Position numbers and translations under genes: made by a program. The notes under the pieces were generated by a model that was not told the DNA's origin, searched no databases, and saw nothing but the letters and a program-made list of their open reading frames with translations. From Dehalococcoidia bacterium (GTDB taxonomy: Bacteria; Chloroflexota; Dehalococcoidia; Plut-88900): a stretch of DNA of 64,000 nt. The stretch is taken from contig OZ240219.1 of the NCBI GenBank assembly GCA_965197645.1, positions 384,001 through 448,000 on the forward strand. The letters run 5' to 3'. Positions 9,582-19,714 of this stretch are shown piece by piece. Each line of letters opens with the position of its first letter. The first letter of the stretch is position 1.

Positions 9582-12419
9582 TTATCGCTTGCCCAGCGCC
9601 TCGAGGACGCGGTCCGGTGTGGCCGGGATGTCGTAGACCCGGGCTCCGGTCGCATCGGCTATGGCGTTGACCACGGCAGCGACAATGGGAACGTCGCTCA
9701 TCTCGCCTCCGCCCTTAGCGCCGAAGGGGCCTTTGGAGTATTCGCTACCGACGACGGACACCACGGTGATCTTCTCTGGGGCCTGTCGAGTGGTGGGAAG
9801 CCCGTAGGCCTTGATGGTCCTGGTCTCTCCGGGCACGTACCTTTCGCTCAGGGCCAGGCCCATGCCGAAGACGATGCCGCCTTCGCACTGGCCCTCGAAG
9901 CTCAAGGGGTGAAGGATTTTGCCGGAGTCGGCGGCGTAGAGGACCCTGAGCACTTTGACCTGTCCAGTATCGATGTTCACGTCCGCCTCGACGAGGGTGG
10001 TGCCGAAGGAGAACACATCGCAGTTGGACCCCTGGCCGGTTTCGGGATCGAAAGCCTGCTTGTTAGATTTTTCGCTGTAGGCCTTGGCGTGCTTGAAGGC
10101 GAAAGATCCTTCGTATTTCGTAGGGGCCTTCATCTTCTGAAGATGGCGGAAAATGAGATGGTACGGCAGCCTCTCGCCGGGAGCGCGTTTCGAGTAGGCG
10201 TGGCCGGCCTCGAAAAGGACGTTTTCCGGGGTGTCCTCCAGGATCTCCGACGCCGCTTGCGCCATGGCCGCCTTCAGCTTCTTCGATGCGTCGTGGACTG
10301 CGCCCCCGACCAGGGTAACGGTGCCCTGGGAAGCAGTGATGTGCGGATAGGGGGCGAGGATAGTATCGCCCATGACCATGTCCACCGACTCCAGGGGAAG
10401 CGCCAGCTCCTCGGCGGCGATCTGGGCCATGACCGTGCGGCTCCCCTGGCCCTTCTCCACCGCGCCGACGAACACCTTGATCCTGTCGTTTTCCAGCAGC
10501 TCGACCGCGGCCTTGTACTCGCCGCCCACACCGACAGCCCGCCACCCGCATCCTATGCCCACGCCTCGTTTCCAGGGCATGGCCGGAGGGTCCGACTCGG
10601 CCAGGTCCAGGGCCTGGCGATAGGGCTCTCGCACCGCTTCCAGTGTCGCTTTGACTCCCACGCTCTCCTCCAGGGGCATGCCGGTATGTAAGACGTCGCC
10701 TACCTCGAGGGCGTTGAGAATCCGGAAATCCAGCTTGTCCATGCCCAGCTTCTCGGCCAACAGGTCCATCTGGGTCTCATGGGCCAGGGCCGAGGCTATG
10801 CTGGTTATGCCCCTGATGGGGATGGCCCGGGGACTGTTGGTGCAAGCCTCGTTGGCCTCGATGTAGACGTTGGGCACGCGATAGGGACCGGTGATGAAAT
10901 AGGCGTTGCGGCTCACACAATCGTTGATGGCCTCGCCGGGGTTGTGACTCCAGGCCCCACCATCGACCAGCATGTCGGCTTCCATAGCCACCAGCTTTCC
11001 CTCTCTGGTGGCCCCCGTTCTGCACTTCATCAGAAAGGAGTACCACTTGGACGAGCCCAACAGTGATTCCTCCCGGCTGTACACCAGCCTCACCGGTTTC
11101 CGGGTTTTGACTGCAAGCAGGGCCAGGATGCCGGCGTGAAGGTAGTCCTCTCTCCCGCCGAAATTGCCTCCCATCTCGGGGCAGATGATGCGTATTCTGT
11201 CCCGCTCCATGTTCATCAGTCCGGCCAGGAAGGCGTGGCCCTCGAAGGCCTCGTGGGAGGGGAACTCCAGCAGCAGCCTGCCGTCATCATCCAGGTAGGC
11301 GACGCCCGCCTCCGGCTCCATGTAGAAATGCTCCTGTCGAGGAGTGGTGAAGGTGCTCTCGACGATGACCTCGGCCCGAGCCAGACCTTCCTTTGCATCG
11401 CCGGAGACCACCCTTCGAGCGTGGACTACGTTAGGTTCGGGGGGGTTGATGAGAGGAGTGGTTGGGTCTCCGGCCTTGAGGTAGTCCAGAACGGGAGGCA
11501 GTGGATCGTACTCAACGTGGATGCTGTCCAGGGCGGCTTCGGCGGCCTCTTTGGTTGTGGCGGCTACAGCGGCTATGGCCTCGCCGAGAAACCGGACCTT
11601 GTCACGGGGAAAGAGGTAGGTCTGCGGTTTCCCGTTGGGCATCATGGGACTGCCGGGTATATTCTCGGCTGTGACCACCGCCTCGACACCTTCCAGCGCC
11701 TCGGCCTCAGAGGTGTCTATGGAGACGATGCGGGCGTGGTGATAAGGGCTGCGGAGTACCCTGGCATGGAGCATACCCTCCATCTTCAGATCGGCGGCAT
11801 ACCTGGCGGCGCCGGTCACCTTGTCCAGATCGTCTAGCCGGGGAACGCTGGCCCCGACTATCGGGCCGCCGGATACGGGTACGGACCGAACGCCGCCGGC
11901 CCCTCGCATGGCCTTGGCGGCATCCAGGACGGCGTCGATGACTTTGACGTAGCCGGTGCAGCGACAGATGTTGCGGGAAAGCCGTTTGACCACATCTTCC
12001 CTTGCGGGCTCCGGGTTCCGCTCCAACAGGGCCGAGGCCTCCATGATGATGCCCGGAATGCAGAACCCGCACTGGGATGCGCCGAGCTCGATGAAGGCGT
12101 CCTGGAGGGGGTGCAGGTCGCTGTTGTCGAGAGCTTCGGGAGTCGAGTCCTCATGATATCGGGAGGCCAGACCTTCGATAGTGGTGATCTCTTTACCCTG
12201 GGCCCGGCGCACCGGGAGGAGACAGGACATGACCCCCTTGTTGCCAAAGAGGACTATACAGCTCCCGCATTCGCCTCCGTCGCAAGCCTCTTTCGTCCCC
12301 GTGAGGTCCAGGTCGTCCCGCAGCACGTCGAGCAAAGTGCGGTCGGGGACGGTGTTCACCACCCGTCTCTCGCCGTTTACGGTAAGGGCTATGGCTGCTT
12401 TCGCCGGCAACTGCTTTAT
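9582..12419 (-). CDS. molybdopterin-dependent oxidoreductase, xanthine/aldehyde oxidoreductase family, with fused 2Fe-2S domain
   Basis: GTKEACDGGECGSC, QCGFCIPG, NICRCTGY, GQG, GAKGGGE; start uncertain (ATA 12419 or TTG 12410; ORF track gives 12467). Confidence 0.9.
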   Translation of the reverse strand: MKQLPAKAAIALTVNGERRVVNTVPDRTLLDVLRDDLDLTGTKEACDGGECGSCIVLFGNKGVMSCLLPVRRAQGKEITTIEGLASRYHEDSTPEALDNSDLHPLQDAFIELGASQCGFCIPGIIMEASALLERNPEPAREDVVKRLSRNICRCTGYVKVIDAVLDAAKAMRGAGGVRSVPVSGGPIVGASVPRLDDLDKVTGAARYAADLKMEGMLHARVLRSPYHHARIVSIDTSEAEALEGVEAVVTAENIPGSPMMPNGKPQTYLFPRDKVRFLGEAIAAVAATTKEAAEAALDSIHVEYDPLPPVLDYLKAGDPTTPLINPPEPNVVHARRVVSGDAKEGLARAEVIVESTFTTPRQEHFYMEPEAGVAYLDDDGRLLLEFPSHEAFEGHAFLAGLMNMERDRIRIICPEMGGNFGGREDYLHAGILALLAVKTRKPVRLVYSREESLLGSSKWYSFLMKCRTGATREGKLVAMEADMLVDGGAWSHNPGEAINDCVSRNAYFITGPYRVPNVYIEANEACTNSPRAIPIRGITSIASALAHETQMDLLAEKLGMDKLDFRILNALEVGDVLHTGMPLEESVGVKATLEAVREPYRQALDLAESDPPAMPWKRGVGIGCGWRAVGVGGEYKAAVELLENDRIKVFVGAVEKGQGSRTVMAQIAAEELALPLESVDMVMGDTILAPYPHITASQGTVTLVGGAVHDASKKLKAAMAQAASEILEDTPENVLFEAGHAYSKRAPGERLPYHLIFRHLQKMKAPTKYEGSFAFKHAKAYSEKSNKQAFDPETGQGSNCDVFSFGTTLVEADVNIDTGQVKVLRVLYAADSGKILHPLSFEGQCEGGIVFGMGLALSERYVPGETRTIKAYGLPTTRQAPEKITVVSVVGSEYSKGPFGAKGGGEMSDVPIVAAVVNAIADATGARVYDIPATPDRVLEALGKR

Positions 12420-12601
12420 CGAGGTACTTCCGTTTCGTTCGTCAACGTCCCGAAGATGGTAGCACAAAGCGACTTATTTAAGCTTGCCAGGCCCGGGGAA
12501 ACGGGTTCCCCAAGGTGTTACCCTAAGGAACGGCATATTAGAGGCGAGTGGGAACAGCAGGCCCGAATTCAACAAGGCGAGTGAGGATGATGGAGGAAGC
12601 C

Positions 12602-14137
12602 ATGACCAAGGAATACGACATCATAATCATCGGGGGAGGGCACAACGGGCTAGTGGCGGCGGCCTACCTTGCCGACGCGGGACTGGATGTGCTCGTGCTG
12701 GAGAGGCGGGACATCATCGGTGGGGCCTGCGTCACCGAGGAGCTGATACCGGGCTTCCGGTTCTCCACGGCCTCCATGTTCGTGGGCTCGCTCAATCACA
12801 AAGTCATAGAAGACCTGGAGCTCTCCAAGTACGGATTCGAGTGGTACACCACAGATCCCACCGACATCTTCATGTTCCCGAACGAGCGCTGCCTATGTTG
12901 CTGGAAAGATGAGGGGAGGCTGGTGGAGGAGATTTCCAAGTTCTCTAAGAAGGATGCCCAGGCCTACCTGCAGTTTGAACGGGAGTACCAGCAATACGAG
13001 GAGTATCTGACCCCGTTGGAGCTTCGCCCTCCGCCAAGCTTTCCCGAGGTCGCCAGCCGGTTCAAGACCCCCGATGAGCAGGAGCTTTTTCGCACTTTCA
13101 TGCTGGGCAGCATGGCCGAGTTCGTGGAGTCCCGGTTCGAAACGGAAGAAGCTCGGATGCTTGTTGCAGCCCTGGCCACTGTGGGCCATTCCCTCAGCCT
13201 ACGGAGCAAAGGCAACATGCACCCGTACATCAGGGACCACTGGGGTTTCAGCCGGGGTGGGATGGGAGCCATCACGAGGGCAATGGCCGAGTCAGCCCGG
13301 TCGAGAGGGGCCTCCATCAGGGCCAACGCCGAAGTGAAGCATGTGTTGGTGAGAGACGGAAAGGCAGCCGGCGTGGTGCTGGTGGACGGCGAAGAGATTC
13401 GTGCAAAGGCCGTGGCTTCCAACGCCGACCCCAAGAGGACCTTCCTCCACCTGGTCGAGCCCGAACATCTCGAGGAGAAGTTCAGGGACAAGGTGGACAA
13501 CATCCAGATGAAGGGCGATTTCGCCAAGCTCTTCATCGCCCTGGATGGCCGGCCCCAGTGGGAATGCTTCGGAGACGAGGACCCGGGCACGAGGGACCAT
13601 GGCTTCATAACTATCAACCCCTCCATCGAATACAGCGAGAGGGCACTGAGGGACTGCATGGACGGCCACCCATCGCAGGACCCGTTGTTCATGCTGCACC
13701 TCCAGTCCCTCACGGACGACTCACTGGCGCCTCCCGGCAAACACGCTATGACGGTCTATGTTCAATACGCCCCCTACAACCTGAAGGAAGGAAGCTGGGA
13801 AGATAAACGAGACCGGTTCTCCAAAAGGTGCATCGATACCCTGGCCGAGTACAGCCCCAATCTCAAAGACCTGATTGTGGACCACGCTTTCTTCGGGCCT
13901 CGTGACATAGAGGAGCGATTCTACCTCACCGAGAGTACCATGCTGCACGGCGACGTCTTCCCGGACCAGATGTTTGGGAATAGGCCGGTGCCCGGTTGGT
14001 CCCAGTACCGGACACCCCTGCAGAACCTGTATCTCTGCGGCTCGGGCGCTTATCCGGGCGGCGGCGTGACGGGCGTTCCCGGTCACAACGCCTCTCAGGC
14101 CATCATCCAGGACTGGCGAGAGGGAGTCATTGGCTGA
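12602..14137 (+). CDS. phytoene desaturase-like FAD-dependent oxidoreductase
   Basis: IIGGGHNGL dinucleotide fold, GGMGAI, LYLCGSGAYPGGGVTGVPGHNA; GGAGG RBS. Confidence 0.9.
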   Translation: MTKEYDIIIIGGGHNGLVAAAYLADAGLDVLVLERRDIIGGACVTEELIPGFRFSTASMFVGSLNHKVIEDLELSKYGFEWYTTDPTDIFMFPNERCLCCWKDEGRLVEEISKFSKKDAQAYLQFEREYQQYEEYLTPLELRPPPSFPEVASRFKTPDEQELFRTFMLGSMAEFVESRFETEEARMLVAALATVGHSLSLRSKGNMHPYIRDHWGFSRGGMGAITRAMAESARSRGASIRANAEVKHVLVRDGKAAGVVLVDGEEIRAKAVASNADPKRTFLHLVEPEHLEEKFRDKVDNIQMKGDFAKLFIALDGRPQWECFGDEDPGTRDHGFITINPSIEYSERALRDCMDGHPSQDPLFMLHLQSLTDDSLAPPGKHAMTVYVQYAPYNLKEGSWEDKRDRFSKRCIDTLAEYSPNLKDLIVDHAFFGPRDIEERFYLTESTMLHGDVFPDQMFGNRPVPGWSQYRTPLQNLYLCGSGAYPGGGVTGVPGHNASQAIIQDWREGVIG

Positions 14138-14188
14138 CGTGTCCAACCGTCTGACAAAGCCCATCTCAAACAAGGGGAGAACGGCGCC

Positions 14189-15418
14189 ATAACAGAACCG
14201 CCCAAGATAGAACGCCCCTCCAGGTACCGATGGGCGGTGCTCCTGTTTTGGCTGGCCCCCCACGTGTGGGGCTATGTAATGATGGGGAGCCTAGGGTTCC
14301 TTCTCCCCAGCATGAGAAAGGAGCTGGGACTCAGCCCTCTTCAGGAGGGGTTTCTGGGAGCTGCCCCTCCGGTTGCCAATATCCTACTGGCAATACCCTT
14401 CGGCTGGCTTCTATCCAGTTTCAAACCGAAGCTTCTCAGCTCCTTCAGCTTCTTCGCCATGGCCGGTCTCGTCTTCTTCCAGGGCTGGGCGCCGGTATAC
14501 CTACTGCTGCTGTTGGGCCGCTTCCTGTACGGCGTCGCCTCCATCTCTCGAGAGCCGGCCCGGGTGCTTTTGATACGGCAATGGATACCACCAAGGGAGA
14601 TAGTGATAGCCAACGCCCTGGCCAACTTCCTGTGGGGCATTGTGGGACTGGGTTTCATTCTCATACCGGTGGTTCTGGGGCTGCTCGACGACAACTGGCG
14701 GCATACCATGTACGTGTTCGGAATAGTGTCGATAGCAGTAGCTCTGACGTGGCAGATTTTCGGCAAGGAGAGGCGGACCGCGGAATTCGAAGAGCAGATG
14801 CAAGGGCAGGAGACCACTCCTCTCGCCACGATGTTCCAGCACCGGGAGCTCTGGATGGTGTCCTTCGGCATGCTGGGCGTAGGCGTGAATTTCTCCGCTT
14901 TCCAGACCTTCTGGCCCAGCTTGATGCTGGACCAACACGGACTGTCGTTGACCGCCTCCGCCGTCGCTATGTCCGTAGGTGGGGCATTCTCCGCATTCGT
15001 CGGCCTGGGGGTGGGCCTGGTAGCCAGCAGGGTTGGCAAGAAGAGACAGATCCTGGTCCTATCCGGGCTTATCCTAACCGGCACAACGATGAGCCTGCTG
15101 TGGATCAGCAACTACCCCTTACTGATGGTGCTCTTCCTGGTCCAGAGTGTCGGCTTCTCCTTCTTCCCCATAGCCATGACCATCCCCTACGAGCTGCCGG
15201 GCATCAGGCCTCGAGAGGTGGCCGTTGCGTCCAGCATCCTCTACACGATGCTGTGGATAGGTACGTTCATAGGACCGGTGCTGGCCGGAGCCCTCACCGT
15301 CGAGGAATCCCCGGAAGCCTTGCGATTCGCGCTTCTGGTCACCAGCTGTGGCGCCTTCCTCATGACCGTGTCGGGCTTTCTGCTGCCGAGGAAGTGGGAC
15401 CGGCCCCCGGGGATCTGA
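14189..15418 (+). CDS. MFS transporter
   Basis: About 12 hydrophobic segments and GRFLYG; the frame is open upstream of GTG 14237 to ATA 14189 (…RYRWAVL…) after AAGGGGAG. Confidence 0.85.
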   Translation: MTEPPKIERPSRYRWAVLLFWLAPHVWGYVMMGSLGFLLPSMRKELGLSPLQEGFLGAAPPVANILLAIPFGWLLSSFKPKLLSSFSFFAMAGLVFFQGWAPVYLLLLLGRFLYGVASISREPARVLLIRQWIPPREIVIANALANFLWGIVGLGFILIPVVLGLLDDNWRHTMYVFGIVSIAVALTWQIFGKERRTAEFEEQMQGQETTPLATMFQHRELWMVSFGMLGVGVNFSAFQTFWPSLMLDQHGLSLTASAVAMSVGGAFSAFVGLGVGLVASRVGKKRQILVLSGLILTGTTMSLLWISNYPLLMVLFLVQSVGFSFFPIAMTIPYELPGIRPREVAVASSILYTMLWIGTFIGPVLAGALTVEESPEALRFALLVTSCGAFLMTVSGFLLPRKWDRPPGI

Positions 15419-15557
15419 GACCCGAGCCCGCTTGATCGGCTTCCATTCCCAGTCTCCACCATCGAACGCTGGAGAGCATCGGGAGGTCTGTCCGGCTTTG
15501 TAGCGGTAGTCGACGCTAGGAGAGATGCGAGATGGCTTTGTGGCTGGCACGCGTTCG

Positions 15558-15585
15558 TTGACGGTACCGACGGGTGATGTACAAT
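15558..15585 (+). promoter_or_regulatory. putative sigma70-type promoter
   Basis: TTGACG-16 nt-TACAAT upstream of the ADH gene. Confidence 0.5.
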
Positions 15586-15677
15586 GGCCCTCTCGGAGGA
15601 AACCATCTTCACCTGCGGCCGGAACGGCCGTATGTGAGTAATCCAGTCAGGATCTAGTAGGCAGAAGGAGGTCCGCC

Positions 15678-16763
15678 ATGAAGGCAGTGGTGATGAGGGA
15701 ACCCTACGTACCGGTAGAGGTCGAGGACGTGGAAGTGGGCACGCCCGGGCCTCGTGAGGTCCTGATCCGTACCGGTGCGGCAGGTGTGTGTCACAGCGAT
15801 CTACACTACGTCGATGGACTGTACACCACCGAACTGCCGACGATCCTCGGCCACGAGTCTGCCGGGACCGTCGAGGAGGTTGGTGAGCTGGTCACCTACT
15901 TTCAGCCCGGCGACCGGGCCATAACTTGTCTTTCAGTATTCTGCGGGACCTGCGACAAATGCCTGACGGGCAACATGGCCCTGTGCCGGAGGATCGGTCT
16001 TGATCGCAGGCCCGATGAGCCGCCCCGCCTCCACAAAGGCGATGAGCTGATATATCAGTACGCCAATCTGTCCTCCTTTGCCGAGTACATGCTGGTGCAC
16101 GAAAACGCTGCGGTGAAGGTGGATGACGACGTTCCCATCGAGGTACAAGCCCTGATCGGATGTGGGGTGACCACCGGCGTGGGAGCGGCGCTCAACACGG
16201 CCCAGGTGGAGCCGGGCAGCACCGTCGCCGTCATAGGGTGCGGGGGCGTGGGCTTGAGCGCGGTGAACGGTGCATACATCGCAGGTGCGGCCCGGGTAAT
16301 CGCCATAGATGCCGTGGAGGACAAGCTGGCCCTTGCCCAGAAGGTAGGGGCCACCGATGTCATCGACGCCTCGGGCGGTGGAGTCGTAGAGAAGGTGATG
16401 AACTTGACCGGAGGCATGGGCGTCGATTACTCCTTCGAGGCGATTGGAAAGAAAGAGACTGCGGAGCAGGCCTTCAATATGCTGGACAAGGGCGGCGCCG
16501 CTACCATCATCGGCATGATACCCGAGGGCACCGAGATCCACATCGATGGACCGTCGATCCTGGCCGGAAAGAAGATCCAGGGGAGCAGCATGGGGTCCAA
16601 CAGGTTCCGGGTGGATATGCCCCGGTACATGGAGCTCTACCGACAGGGCAGGCTGAAGTTGGACGAGATCATCTCCAAGCGAATCAGGATCGAGGACATC
16701 AACGAGGCCTTTGAGGACATGCGAGACGCTCACACAGCTCGCAGCGTCATCATGTTCGACTAA
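15678..16763 (+). CDS. Zn-dependent alcohol dehydrogenase (MDR), paralog of 2190-3284
   Basis: CHSD, GHE, CGTCDKC..C, GCGGVG; AAGGAGG RBS. Confidence 0.93.
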   Translation: MKAVVMREPYVPVEVEDVEVGTPGPREVLIRTGAAGVCHSDLHYVDGLYTTELPTILGHESAGTVEEVGELVTYFQPGDRAITCLSVFCGTCDKCLTGNMALCRRIGLDRRPDEPPRLHKGDELIYQYANLSSFAEYMLVHENAAVKVDDDVPIEVQALIGCGVTTGVGAALNTAQVEPGSTVAVIGCGGVGLSAVNGAYIAGAARVIAIDAVEDKLALAQKVGATDVIDASGGGVVEKVMNLTGGMGVDYSFEAIGKKETAEQAFNMLDKGGAATIIGMIPEGTEIHIDGPSILAGKKIQGSSMGSNRFRVDMPRYMELYRQGRLKLDEIISKRIRIEDINEAFEDMRDAHTARSVIMFD

Positions 16764-16785
16764 CGGGCCGCATTTCCGACCTGGC

Positions 16786-17005
16786 TAGATTGCCACGCCC
16801 CGACTTCGTCGGGTCTCGCAATGACGAGGCCGTCGTTGCGAGCGACCGGCGAGGGAGAAACACCTCAGACTGCCGGCAAGGGGCGTCGCCCCTCTGCAGA
16901 CCCCACGTACCTTGACCAGGGAGTCCAGAGGGCTTCCCTCTGGCCGGGGGTTTGGGGGACGTTCCCCCAAGTCCACAATCGTCTCAGGGTGGGTGGGAGG
17001 GAAAA
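16786..17005. repeat. composite repeat: family B-like half plus family A copy 3
   Basis: agattgccacg..ctcgcaatgac, then gaggga..cctcagactgccggcaagggg..cgcccctctgca, then an inverted diverged copy. Confidence 0.7.
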
Positions 17006-17041
17006 CCAACCACTTGGGCCGGGTGGGGTTGCACACCCGGA

Positions 17042-18370
17042 TTAGACCGGGAGTTCCGATCGATCCTTGACGGTAGGCCCATCGACCGGCTGGGTCAGCA
17101 TCCGCACCGCAGCCCTCAGCAGATCGATTCGCCAGGCCTGCTCATGCTCTGAGGTCAGCTTCGGGTCGCCCAGTGGATGATGGAATCTCCCCTCGGTTCT
17201 GAAAATCCGGTTGGCGCCGACCCTCTCGGCGATGCTGACGAGGGCGGTGATAAGCACCACGGGGATACCGGCCCGTTCGATCTCCTTGGCTAACGTAGCG
17301 CCGCTACGGGTTCCCGTGCCTCAGGTGGCGGTTAGAATCGCCGCCCGGACGTCCCGTGCCTTCATGTCCTCGGCCATTTCGCGCCCGATCCGGGTCATCG
17401 TCTTGATGTTGGCCATGTTCCCGGTGGTGACGTAGTAGTGGTCGGATAGCCGGCTGATGACGCCTGTTTTCTCCAGGAACCGAGCGGCATCGAGAGGCAC
17501 GGTACGATCGGGTGCATCGTTGGTGCCGCTGGTGTCACAGCCGCCGTGCCACGCCTCGTAGTCGCCCCGCCTTAGACTGTTGAGACCCTTGATCGGATAC
17601 TTGAGCCACTTGGACGCGTTCCAGGTCTCCAGCCTGTCGGGGTTGCCTGAAGGCACGAGACCTGACTCGGTGACCAGGGCCACAAGGCTGCGGCTGAGGT
17701 CTGCTATCTCAGGCGCCGGGGGTACGTTGTCGAAATCGGGAATTGGCAGCTCTGTGCGGTACGAACGTCCATCAAGCTTCGCCAGCAGCATGTTCGCGGC
17801 CCGCTCGGCGGCGCCCTGCTTCACCCTTACGTTTCGCCGGACGCCCCGGGGGAGGTACCCCTCGTCATCGGCCGGTCCGATCTCAACACCGCGGCCGAGT
17901 TTAACGACGAAGTCGGCCAGCCTGGGTAGAGCGTCGTTCATCGATGCTGCCGTCGGGCTGGTGGGCAGGATGTAGACGTCCTCACGGAACAGCTCGACGC
18001 CCGGGTTATTGACGTTCATCGCCGTCACCGCGGGCTTGCCTCGTTGCTGCAAGGCTTGAGCAATCGCTCCGCAGGCCGTGCCATAACGACCCGAGTTGAA
18101 GGCGGGTCCGGCCGCCAGCACGTCGGCAGGATGAGAGTCGGCCAGGGCTATGAGTCGACTTGTCGCCTCATCCTGGTTCTCGATGAAGTAGTTGTCGCCG
18201 CAGACCAGCGTCCCGGTGATAGTGGCCCGGTCGGCAAGATGCTTGGCCAGGCCGACGCCGGGCCCGACGGGGCCGGGACGGTACTGGGGAGGAGCGTCCG
18301 CATGGTCCTCGCCTCCTATGCCGCCGAAGAACTGGTTTACGTAGTGGATAACGGTGATTTCGTGATTCAT
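17042..18370 (-). CDS. grdB: glycine/betaine/sarcosine reductase component B, selenoprotein subunit (GrdB-like); Sec at UGA 17321-17323; 442 aa
   Basis: HYVNQFFGGIGGE, GPAFNSGRYG; homology continues in frame through the TGA: LTAT-U-GTGTRSGATLAKEIERAGIPVV..VGANRI..HPLGDP. Confidence 0.92.
17288..17320 (-). promoter_or_regulatory. putative bacterial SECIS hairpin
   Basis: CGUAGC-GGC-GCUACG stem-loop with a G-starting loop 18 nt downstream of the UGA. Confidence 0.65.
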
Positions 18371-18385
18371 GCTAAATTCCCAGCG

Positions 18386-19678
18386 CTAGAAATCCCTGGC
18401 GGTAAAGCCGTTGGTCTGCATCATCCAGAAGCCGGCGTACATCTCGTGGGCGCTGAGGGTGAGACTGCCAGACGCCCGGAGGCGGTGGCCCCACTCCTCG
18501 TTGGAGCTGAAGACCAGCTCCTCGCCTCCAACCACCCGCTTCATCCCGGGCACGGTGAACTGCCTGTCGGCGCCTCCGCCGGAGACTATCGCATCGGCTT
18601 CGCTAGCGTAATCCACAATCGGCCAGTCCCTCCCTTCGATACCACCCAGCTCATGCACCATCTGGACGGTCTGCACCCCCGAGCTCTCCAGTGCCTTAAC
18701 GCTCTGCATGAAGTCCACCCAGGTATTGCCGGTGCCCTCCAGAGTCATCACCGCGCCCTTGACATCCAGCATTCTGGCGACGTTTGCGACCATGTAGCCG
18801 TTCCTCTCCTTGAGCTCATGGTCGTCGTGGTGTCCACGGCATAGTATCACCCCTGCGAAGTCCAGGTCTCGGCCGTGGCGGCTGTACAGGTCCCGGATCA
18901 CGGGATGGTTCAGGCGTAGCCACGTTGGGACCTTCATCATGTTCCGGTAGTTGCCGCTGACCACGGCGCCGTCGAAGTACTCGTTGGGGTGCAGTACCGT
19001 GGGCGCCAGCGAGGCTACCGGCTGGCCGTACAGAAAGGTCTGCACCAGAAACCCCTGCTGCTGCACCTGGTCGACGTAGGCCACCCTGGGCAGGACCGGG
19101 TCTACGTCACCAAGCTCGAACTGCTCAATCTCATCGGGGTCCGTTGCGCTGGTGGCGACCTCGGCAAGGTGCTGTGAGACGCGAAGGCTGCCCATGCGAA
19201 TGGCGTTCTCGAACTCCTCGTTGGTGGCACCACGGCGAGGGGTAAACACCAGGGCGAGGTTATGGGTGTCGGAGCAAGCGGAGAGCTCGGCGCCCGGTCC
19301 GCTCATATCTATGATGCCCTCATTGAACTCCAGGATCCCGCTGGTCGGTTCGGGGAGCCGGGCCGATTGCAACACCGCCAGTCCCTTTAGTCGACGGGTC
19401 ACACCGGCGCCTACGGTGCGGGCGGGCCCCAGAAAGCCGGGGAAGGCGACGGTATCCTCGGTAGCCTTGATGCGGGGCTCGATGGCGTCCAGGACGTGGA
19501 TGATGCGGGTCTCTTCCCCCGGCGAGGCCAGCTCTATCCGAACATCCGATACGGAGTCGTCGTACCTGGCGATCCGGGACACCTCTTCCCGGTCGATGAT
19601 GAGGGCGCCGTTGACCAGGCGGGTCTCGGGACCGAACTGAAGAGCATCGACAGAATAGCTTTCAAGCCGCAGCTTCAA
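18386..19678 (-). CDS. glycine/betaine/sarcosine reductase component B, alpha/beta subunit (GrdE/GrdI-like)
   Basis: DAIEPRIK, EGIIDMSGPGA, PTVLHPNEYFDGAVVSGN, NHPVIRDLYSRHG, EGTGN; adjacent to grdB. Confidence 0.9.
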   Translation of the reverse strand: MKLRLESYSVDALQFGPETRLVNGALIIDREEVSRIARYDDSVSDVRIELASPGEETRIIHVLDAIEPRIKATEDTVAFPGFLGPARTVGAGVTRRLKGLAVLQSARLPEPTSGILEFNEGIIDMSGPGAELSACSDTHNLALVFTPRRGATNEEFENAIRMGSLRVSQHLAEVATSATDPDEIEQFELGDVDPVLPRVAYVDQVQQQGFLVQTFLYGQPVASLAPTVLHPNEYFDGAVVSGNYRNMMKVPTWLRLNHPVIRDLYSRHGRDLDFAGVILCRGHHDDHELKERNGYMVANVARMLDVKGAVMTLEGTGNTWVDFMQSVKALESSGVQTVQMVHELGGIEGRDWPIVDYASEADAIVSGGGADRQFTVPGMKRVVGGEELVFSSNEEWGHRLRASGSLTLSAHEMYAGFWMMQTNGFTARDF

Positions 19679-19714
19679 GCCGCTCCTCCCGTTGGTGTCA
19701 TGACTGCTCCACGG

